DNA of 64,000 nt from Candidatus Nealsonbacteria bacterium (GTDB taxonomy: Bacteria > Patescibacteriota > Minisyncoccia > Minisyncoccales > PWPS01), in assembly GCA_003551425.1 (NCBI GenBank), contig PUMP01000059.1, positions 1,369 to 65,368 of the forward strand, given 5' to 3'. A program made the position numbers and the translations under genes. The notes under the pieces were generated by a model. That model did no database searches, had not been told where the DNA came from, and was given only the letters and a program-made list of their open reading frames with translations. Of the stretch, positions 25,506 through 32,207 are shown piece after piece; the stretch's first letter is position 1, and every line of letters begins with the position of its first letter.

Positions 25506-28500
25506 TTATAATTCAATTTGCCACCAAAATCCATATATGCTTGTATCATATCCTATCATAGGCATTCCCATTGTTAAAATAAGCCATCCGAAGAAAAGGA
25601 TGACAAATCCGATTCCTACCGCTCTCCAAACAGCCTTTACTCTTGCCAAGACCTCTGTTCCCAAGGAAGGAGAAAGGTAAAATATTGCCCCTGTTGCCAG
25701 TATCATTAATCCAATAGCGACGGGAAAGAGGTTCCAAAGAACAAAATCGATTAATACTTTAAATAATATCAATAAATGCTTGGGCTGGCAAGATTCTCTT
25801 TCATTCCAGTCGGTATCCGGGCTGTTATATGTCCTGCCACAAGGAACAAGGCCGACGCCGTCAACCTCTACTTCGTAGTAATTGAAAGACCACCAGGGAG
25901 AAAAGTCTCCGCTTTCTTCGCACTCGCTGTCAAGGCAAGATTTTACTCTCCACTCATAATCTCCCAGGTCAAATAACCTTAAAAAGAAATTATTATCGGA
26001 GATAATCTCTTTTTCTTTCTCTCCGTCGGGAAAAATAACTTCGTATTTATAATAATTTGCTCCCCTAATAGCGTTCCAAGAAACATCGATATTTCTTTCT
26101 TCGGTAAAAATCTCGGCGTTATCTTGAGGGCTGGGGACAGAAGGAGCGTAAAGAGTAAAGGTGGTGAACTCTACCGGAGGAGTAAAGAATCCTCCGCAAT
26201 AATCGGTGCCCGGATCGGCACAAGTTTCCACTGTCCAAGAATAAGATTCTTCTGTTTTAATTTTCGGATAGTCAAGACGGATCCTTGTCGTTGAAGTATG
26301 ACTTCTTTTTATCTTATCTCCTTCTTTGTTAAATAACTCGAATACATAGGATTTTGCCCCCGAAACAGCTCCCCACTCTGCGTTAAGGGGAATTAAAACT
26401 TCTTGGGCTTTGTTATAAGGAGTTGCGGTTTTATTTAAGTCGGGAGGACGTCCGGTAGTGGTAAATTTATGCCAATCCGTCCAAGTGTCGTTACAATCGT
26501 CTCCGTTTTCGTCGTAGCAAGACCTGAGCCGCCACCTGTAATCTGTGTTAAGAGCAAAGTCATCTATGTCTATCCTGGTATTGGTATCTTGAAGGTGTCT
26601 TTCTATTGTTCCTCCTTCTCCGTCCATTCTTTCCAGCTGAAAATAATAGGAGTGAGCACCAAATGGCTTGTTCCACTCAAAATAAGCGCTGGGATGAATG
26701 GCGATAGGATTTCTCCCCTCTGGATCGTTAAGAGGAGAGAGTCCGGAGGGGTTCTCAAGACCCCCGGAAACAATAAACTTCCATATTTGACCATAATCGG
26801 TGCAGTCTTTTCTGGAGTGGTCTTTACAAGCGGCGATTTGCCATCCGTATATCTCTCCTTTTTCATCGAATAGTCCGACATTTTTATTAATTAATTTTGT
26901 AGGAGGGTCTCCTCTATGGATAGGAACAAGACTAGGATCGTGAATGGGGACAGGTTCGCAAAGACCTCCCAAGCGAACACGGTCGGGATGACACTCCAGT
27001 TCACCGCCTATTTCTTTATAGGCATAAAGCAAATAAGCCTTATAATCTTCCTCTCTTTCATGGTCACACCAAGTTGGGTTTGCGTCTTTAAAGTCTATAG
27101 GGTTATGATGAGTCCCCGCCATACTTTCCGGATCTACCCATCCGGAATCATAAGGGGAAAGCGGTTCGGGAGCCTCGTTGGTTTGAAATCCCGGCCAACT
27201 GCTCCACTTTCCGCAGTCTGTACCATCAGTGCTACAACAAGCCTGTACTTTCCAGTTATGGGTGTCGCCGGGCCTAAGAAGGCAGCGGTCTGCATTGAAG
27301 TTATTACGGGAAACCGTGGTTTCAAGAGCTTTCCCCGAAGAGCTTGAGGTTAGCTTATAGGAAGAGCCTGCTATCTTTTCACTATTATCTTTGTTTAAGG
27401 CAGCTAAATCTATCCTTGAATCGGAAGGAGATTTCTCTAGAAGAAGATCGTTTTCGTAAGGATCTTCCATTTCGCCGTTATAGAGATCTTCTGGAGGAGT
27501 CTCTTTATCTGATACATATTTTGGCACATAGCCTGGAACATAATAAGTTGCTCTCCCCATGTTGCTATGATTCCTAATATAATTAATAGTTTCTGCAAAG
27601 ACTAGCTGATTACGATCAAGATATTTAAGAGGATCGTCATGTCCACGATCAACACCACCGCTCCAGCAAGAACCCAAACAAACATCAAGATGCAAATGAA
27701 CTCCAGTAGAGGCTCCGGTAGTTCCCATTCTTCCGATTTGTTGTCCTTGCTCTACTTTATCGCCTGGACTAACGAACATACTATGGAGATGAAGATACTG
27801 CGTATATAGATTATCTCCACTGCCCGTTATATCACCGTGATTGATTCTTACAGTATTTCCCGCGCCTCTTCCAGGGGTACCGATATATCTTGCTATAGTT
27901 ACTTTACCTTCTGCTGCTGCATATATAGGTGGATTAGTAAATCCTGATTGAACAAAGTCAGTCCCAAGATGAAAATGGCCAACATCCATGTCCCAGCCAC
28001 TGCGATCTTGGGCAAAATTAGAAGTAACTCTTATATTTTTTAATTCTAATGGCCAAGCAAGAAGTCCTTCTTCCGGAGCAGGAGGAGGGTCGCCAATAGG
28101 CTGAGAGGGGTCGTCGGGATCGGGATGAAGAAAATCTCTGGTGGTATTGTCTATCTTTATGTTATAAGAGCTTGGTCCCGTATCTTCATTCCATCCTGAG
28201 ACATTGTCCCAAGCAAGAGCTACGGGAAGATATATGTCATCATTTCCTTCATAAGGATAATCGGACTGAAGAATTGTTGTTGCTGGATTGGCGTAATACT
28301 CTTCGTTTTGCGGAGCATCTAAACACTCACCGGCACAGGAGCAATCATTTTTTGTAGCATCACACTTTTCCCAAGAGTTGCAATTTTCTTTAGTTACCCA
28401 ACGAGTATTACCGCATCCATCTTCTTGCTGTCTCTGCAATGTTCCTCCGCAGCTACCAACACAGCGCGTGTTATTGGTATTACTCCAGCTGGGCTCACAC

Positions 28501-28604
28501 TCTTCGGCATTAGCCAAGTTTATCCCCAAAGCAAGGAAGGCGGTTATTATTAAAAAAAGAGAAAATAATAAGAGAGTTTTTATGTTGGCTGGCTTAAATG
28601 ACAT
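25506..28604 (-). CDS. 1032-aa secreted multidomain protein: Cys-rich N-terminus, M23 peptidase, five Cys/Trp beta-modules, C-terminal 'LVPCG' pilin-like membrane module
   Basis: Signal peptide. M23 motifs 'HLGTDF', 'GNTVRINHG' and 'YLHLHSMFVSPGDKVEQGQQIGRMGTTGASTGVHLHLDV'. Repeats of the form 'W[KR]V..C....C....W..F.T'. The C-terminus has 'GLVPCG....C..HLLILFKVLIDFVLWNLFPVAIGLMILATGAIFYLS'. Confidence 0.75.
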   Translation of the reverse strand: MSFKPANIKTLLLFSLFLIITAFLALGINLANAEECEPSWSNTNNTRCVGSCGGTLQRQQEDGCGNTRWVTKENCNSWEKCDATKNDCSCAGECLDAPQNEEYYANPATTILQSDYPYEGNDDIYLPVALAWDNVSGWNEDTGPSSYNIKIDNTTRDFLHPDPDDPSQPIGDPPPAPEEGLLAWPLELKNIRVTSNFAQDRSGWDMDVGHFHLGTDFVQSGFTNPPIYAAAEGKVTIARYIGTPGRGAGNTVRINHGDITGSGDNLYTQYLHLHSMFVSPGDKVEQGQQIGRMGTTGASTGVHLHLDVCLGSCWSGGVDRGHDDPLKYLDRNQLVFAETINYIRNHSNMGRATYYVPGYVPKYVSDKETPPEDLYNGEMEDPYENDLLLEKSPSDSRIDLAALNKDNSEKIAGSSYKLTSSSSGKALETTVSRNNFNADRCLLRPGDTHNWKVQACCSTDGTDCGKWSSWPGFQTNEAPEPLSPYDSGWVDPESMAGTHHNPIDFKDANPTWCDHEREEDYKAYLLYAYKEIGGELECHPDRVRLGGLCEPVPIHDPSLVPIHRGDPPTKLINKNVGLFDEKGEIYGWQIAACKDHSRKDCTDYGQIWKFIVSGGLENPSGLSPLNDPEGRNPIAIHPSAYFEWNKPFGAHSYYFQLERMDGEGGTIERHLQDTNTRIDIDDFALNTDYRWRLRSCYDENGDDCNDTWTDWHKFTTTGRPPDLNKTATPYNKAQEVLIPLNAEWGAVSGAKSYVFELFNKEGDKIKRSHTSTTRIRLDYPKIKTEESYSWTVETCADPGTDYCGGFFTPPVEFTTFTLYAPSVPSPQDNAEIFTEERNIDVSWNAIRGANYYKYEVIFPDGEKEKEIISDNNFFLRLFDLGDYEWRVKSCLDSECEESGDFSPWWSFNYYEVEVDGVGLVPCGRTYNSPDTDWNERESCQPKHLLILFKVLIDFVLWNLFPVAIGLMILATGAIFYLSPSLGTEVLARVKAVWRAVGIGFVILFFGWLILTMGMPMIGYDTSIYGFWWQIEL
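25880..27350 (-). repeat. Five tandem protein-level modules (~90-110 aa each) inside the 1032-aa ORF
   Basis: The signature recurs five times: HNWKVQACCSTDGTDCGKWSSWPGFQT, YGWQIAACKDHSRKDCTDYGQIWKFIVS, YRWRLRSCYDENGDDCNDTWTDWHKFTT, YSWTVETCADPGTDYCGGFFTPPVEFTT, YEWRVKSCLDSECEESGDFSPWWSFNY. Confidence 0.6.
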
Positions 28605-29445
28605 TTTTTAGAACTTTGACAAGCAGCTTCCATTCTTTTATGCTTAATTTTTCCGCCCTGCTTTTAGGGTCAACACCACTTTCTTTGATCAAAGAATAAA
28701 GCTCTTCTTTTTTTATTAAGTTTAGCCCCTTTTTGCCTTTAATGTCAAACTGGAAGTTAGTTAAGATTTGTTTTCGGGGATGAGAGAATCCCTTTTTAAC
28801 TATTCGGAAAAAATCTTTTTTGAATTCTTCGTCAAAGATTTCTTCTTTTGGCGTGATTTTTATAATTGACGACTCTACGGAAGGGGACGGCCAAAAAGAG
28901 TTTCTGGAAACATGGGAAACGATCTCGGGCCTGGCATAGAACTGTACGGAAACGGACAAAACGCTCATATTGGGAGGCTTGGCAATTATTCTTTCCGCGA
29001 CTTCTCTTTGAACGGTAAGTACAAGAGAGCTAGGCGGACATCTTTCTTCTAAAAACTTTCTTATTACGGGAGAAGTAATGTAATAGGGAAGATTTGCTAC
29101 AACCTTGTAGTCTCTGAAAGGGACGGGAAAACTTAAAATATCTTCGTGAATTATCTTTATGTTTTCTTTGTTTTTTATGAGATCACGGAGTACCGACACC
29201 AGTCTCCTGTCTTTTTCTACCGCTGTAACGCGCTTTGCTTTTTTTGCCAAGGGGAGAGTAAGAGTTCCGATGCCGGGACCGACCTCAACAACTTCATCTT
29301 TCTTTGAAAGATCGGCGCTGTCGCATATTTTCTTTACGACACTTTTGTCTATGACAAAGTTTTGTCCCAGTGATTTTTTCGGATTTACAAAATAAGAATC
29401 AAGAACTTTTTTTAGGTTTTCTTTGTTTGTTAGGTCTATTTCCAT
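28594..29445 (-). CDS. rsmA: 16S rRNA (adenine1518/1519-N6)-dimethyltransferase
   Basis: 'LGQNFV.D', the SAM motif 'VVEVGPGIGTLT' and 'VANLPYYITSP'. The stop overlaps the start of the 1032-aa ORF by 11 nt. Confidence 0.9.
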   Translation of the reverse strand: MEIDLTNKENLKKVLDSYFVNPKKSLGQNFVIDKSVVKKICDSADLSKKDEVVEVGPGIGTLTLPLAKKAKRVTAVEKDRRLVSVLRDLIKNKENIKIIHEDILSFPVPFRDYKVVANLPYYITSPVIRKFLEERCPPSSLVLTVQREVAERIIAKPPNMSVLSVSVQFYARPEIVSHVSRNSFWPSPSVESSIIKITPKEEIFDEEFKKDFFRIVKKGFSHPRKQILTNFQFDIKGKKGLNLIKKEELYSLIKESGVDPKSRAEKLSIKEWKLLVKVLKNVI

Positions 29446-29522
29446 TGACTTTTCTTCGTGAGTTGGTAAAATAATACAACAATTTACTATATAAAGCTAT
29501 TCATACTTCAAAGAAAAAAGGC

Positions 29523-30524
29523 TTGAAGAGGAGGGCTTCGGGTCAAAGTGGCTTTACGATTCCAAAAAGGAGAAATAAAATTTTCCTTGTTTTTGTTTTA
29601 TCTTTATTTATAGCTGCTTGCCTTACAAATACGGAAGATTTCTTTGGCAAAGAAGAACCCAAAGAGGAAAGCTTTGTATCGGACTTTGATTTTTTTCTTT
29701 CCTCCGAAAGAGAAGATAGCTCCGAATCAATTATATTTACCGACAAGAACACCCTTCTCTCCGGGTCGGCTCCTTACTTTGTGAGCTCGAGGGTGATGGG
29801 GGGCGCCGGAGTAAGCCAAAGAAACAATATTATTTCTTATAAGGTGGAGGAGGGGGATACTCTTTCAAGTGTTGCCGATAAGTTTGATATTAGCAAAGAC
29901 ACGATACGGTGGGCTAATGACATAAACGGCCAAGTAAAACCCGGAGAAGAGTTGGTTATTCTTCCCGTAACGGGAGTTATGTATTATGTAGAGTCCGGAG
30001 ATACTTTATCGGAGGTTGCCGAAATGCATAAAGCGGAAAGAGAAGAGATAAAGGAGTTCAATAATCTATATGTAGAGGACATTTATCCCGGTGACTTGAT
30101 AATTATTCCGGGAGGGGAGCGTCCCGCTATTCCTGAACCTGCGCCTCCGGCACCTTCTACGCAGTTCGTTGCTCCCGCAATAGGGATTGTTACTCAAGGG
30201 CCACACCACTATAATGCGATAGACATTGCTAATAATTGTGGTAGCCCTATCTATGCGGTACAATCGGGGGTAGTAGTGGAAAGAGCCTATAACACTTGGC
30301 CGGCAGGTCACTTCTTAAAAATTGATCATGGAAATGTGGTGGCAATGTATGCCCACATGCAAAATATGTATGTTGGAGTAGGCGACAGAGTCCATCAAGG
30401 ACAGCAAGTTGGAACGATGGGGACTACAGGACTTTCAACCGGTTGTCATATTCACTTTGATATTCTTTCAAGAAGAATAAGGAATCCTTTTGCTCACATT
30501 CCGGTTGGAGGACAGGTAAGATAA
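29523..30524 (+). CDS. LysM(x2)-M23 peptidoglycan endopeptidase (TTG start)
   Basis: N-terminal TM/lipobox-like 'FIAAC'. Two LysM units ('YKVEEGDTLSSVADKF', 'YYVESGDTLSEVAEMH'). M23 motifs 'IDIA...GSPIYAV', 'YAHM' and 'GTTGLSTGCHIHFD'. Confidence 0.85.
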   Translation: MKRRASGQSGFTIPKRRNKIFLVFVLSLFIAACLTNTEDFFGKEEPKEESFVSDFDFFLSSEREDSSESIIFTDKNTLLSGSAPYFVSSRVMGGAGVSQRNNIISYKVEEGDTLSSVADKFDISKDTIRWANDINGQVKPGEELVILPVTGVMYYVESGDTLSEVAEMHKAEREEIKEFNNLYVEDIYPGDLIIIPGGERPAIPEPAPPAPSTQFVAPAIGIVTQGPHHYNAIDIANNCGSPIYAVQSGVVVERAYNTWPAGHFLKIDHGNVVAMYAHMQNMYVGVGDRVHQGQQVGTMGTTGLSTGCHIHFDILSRRIRNPFAHIPVGGQVR

Positions 30525-30526
30525 TC

Positions 30527-30886
30527 TTAAGCGCAATTAGTACAAGTCTTAGTTTCCGGGACTAAAGAAAGTTTTTCGTAAGGAATCTCTTCTCCGCATT
30601 TTTCACAGAGACCGTAATTGCCTTCTTTCATCTTTTCCAATGCACGGTTAATGTTTTTTAGCTTTATCTCTAAAGCATGTTCCACTTTAAGGAGAGCGGA
30701 GTATTCCTCCACTTCATCGGCCTCTTCCTCCATCCCGCTTTCATTGGGATTAAAGTCAGGGTAAACGGTCTTCCAGTCTCCTTTCGGCTTGTCGCTCTCT
30801 TTTGCGAATCTTTGTAGTGTGCCTTGGAGAGACTCTTTGTTTTCTTCCAGTTTCTTTTTTAATGTTTCGATTTGTTCTTTATTCAT
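30527..30886 (-). CDS. DksA/TraR-family C4 zinc-finger protein
   Basis: A coiled-coil N-terminus and C-terminal 'YGLCEKCGEEIPYEKLSLVPETKTCTNC' (CxxC-x17-CxxC). Confidence 0.7.
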   Translation of the reverse strand: MNKEQIETLKKKLEENKESLQGTLQRFAKESDKPKGDWKTVYPDFNPNESGMEEEADEVEEYSALLKVEHALEIKLKNINRALEKMKEGNYGLCEKCGEEIPYEKLSLVPETKTCTNCA

Positions 30887-30888
30887 AT

Positions 30889-32202
30889 TTATAAACGATC
30901 AATTATTGCCTTAGTACTTTCAAGCGAAGTGGAAAATACAATTTTTCTTCCCACTATAGCGTAATAAAATCCTATGCCCTCATGAGGAGACTCTGTGCTT
31001 ATGACGTTATCTTTTTCTATCCATCCCTCCGTGTTATTTACCAGTATACTGTAACGATCTCCTTCTTCTCTTAGTTTCTTGTATTTTTCACCTTCTTCTG
31101 TTCTTCCTGTTTCGATTAAGTTTTGCGCTCCGGAGTATATAGGAGTGTTTCTCATAACGTTAAGAAGTTCTTCTTCCGGTGGAGTGCTGCGGTAACGGAT
31201 AATAATGTTTTCATAAGTAGTGCTATTTAATTCTTCGTCAGTAGTAGGAACCTCTATCTCTAAGAAAGAGAATAGTCTTTGAAAATCTCTTTCAATAGAT
31301 TCCTCCCAAGGCCTCATTAATCCCCAGCTTAAATCTTTGTCTTCATTCGTTTCTACCACGAATCCAAGCCTGCTCTCCTTTTCTTTTGTGTATAAAAGAA
31401 GAGTAAAGTCTTCTTCTATTATATCAAAGAAATCTTGAGGGTGACTGACACGAAAAATTTGAAAGAAATCTTTTAAATTAGAAATACGTGGCTCTTCCTC
31501 TCTTTGGTCTTCTATAATTATACGTACCATTTCTCCTCTTTCCTCTTCTTCTATTGCCTTGCGTAAAAGCATAATATATTCATCATTACTTGTGATCGGA
31601 ATTCTGATAATATCATCTTTTTCTCTGTCTATTCTTATAAGGGAATCGGGGGCACGAGGGGTAATTATCTCTTTTACTTTTTCTACCGGCTCAACTTCCG
31701 GAGGAGAAGTTAAAAATAAGGCTCTGTAAAGAAAAGCAATAGAAAAAATAAAGATAGAAACAATAACCAAGGCCACAAGTAAGCGGACCCATAATTTTGA
31801 TTTTTCAGTAGGTTTCTGCGGGGGTTGCAAGTGTTCTTCTTCTATCTCTTCCTCATCTTCCTCTTCTATATCTTCTTCCTCTGGTGAGGATTCTGAAAGA
31901 GAGGATTCTAACGCTTCGGAAGAAGGGGTCGCAAAGCCACCTTCTTTACTCATTTCTTTCTGCTCAACTCTTTCTAAGAACTTTCTTCTTCTTTCTTCCT
32001 CCTTGTTTATTCTGGCAGAGGATTCTTCTTGTGCATTTTGCTTTATTATTTCATCTAAAATTTGCGAAGGACCTGCTCCCCGATATTCCGCTTTTAGAAA
32101 AAAATCTTCTTTCTCTGGATTTTGTCTTCTTATCTCAGATAAGATCTCTTTGTCGGAAGCCCCTTTTGCTCGGGCTTTTTTAATAGAGCTTACAATGTTC
32201 AT
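30889..32202 (-). CDS. Hypothetical single-pass membrane protein (437 aa)
   Basis: A duplicated N-terminal helix motif ('KGASDKEILSEIRRQN' / 'RGAGPSQILDEIIKQN'), an acidic linker, the TM 'LWVRLLVALVIVSIFIFSIAFLY', and a ~270-aa C-terminal domain. Confidence 0.55.
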   Translation of the reverse strand: MNIVSSIKKARAKGASDKEILSEIRRQNPEKEDFFLKAEYRGAGPSQILDEIIKQNAQEESSARINKEEERRRKFLERVEQKEMSKEGGFATPSSEALESSLSESSPEEEDIEEEDEEEIEEEHLQPPQKPTEKSKLWVRLLVALVIVSIFIFSIAFLYRALFLTSPPEVEPVEKVKEIITPRAPDSLIRIDREKDDIIRIPITSNDEYIMLLRKAIEEEERGEMVRIIIEDQREEEPRISNLKDFFQIFRVSHPQDFFDIIEEDFTLLLYTKEKESRLGFVVETNEDKDLSWGLMRPWEESIERDFQRLFSFLEIEVPTTDEELNSTTYENIIIRYRSTPPEEELLNVMRNTPIYSGAQNLIETGRTEEGEKYKKLREEGDRYSILVNNTEGWIEKDNVISTESPHEGIGFYYAIVGRKIVFSTSLESTKAIIDRL

Positions 32203-32207
32203 GTGTT

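Noticed and set aside
16377-29445. Integrative conjugative element or prophage interpretation of the T4SS-like block.
   Set aside because: No integrase, relaxase, coupling protein, replication or phage structural genes are recognisable. I found no flanking direct repeats, and the block is bounded by core genes (jag, rsmA) with overlapping or tiny spacers.
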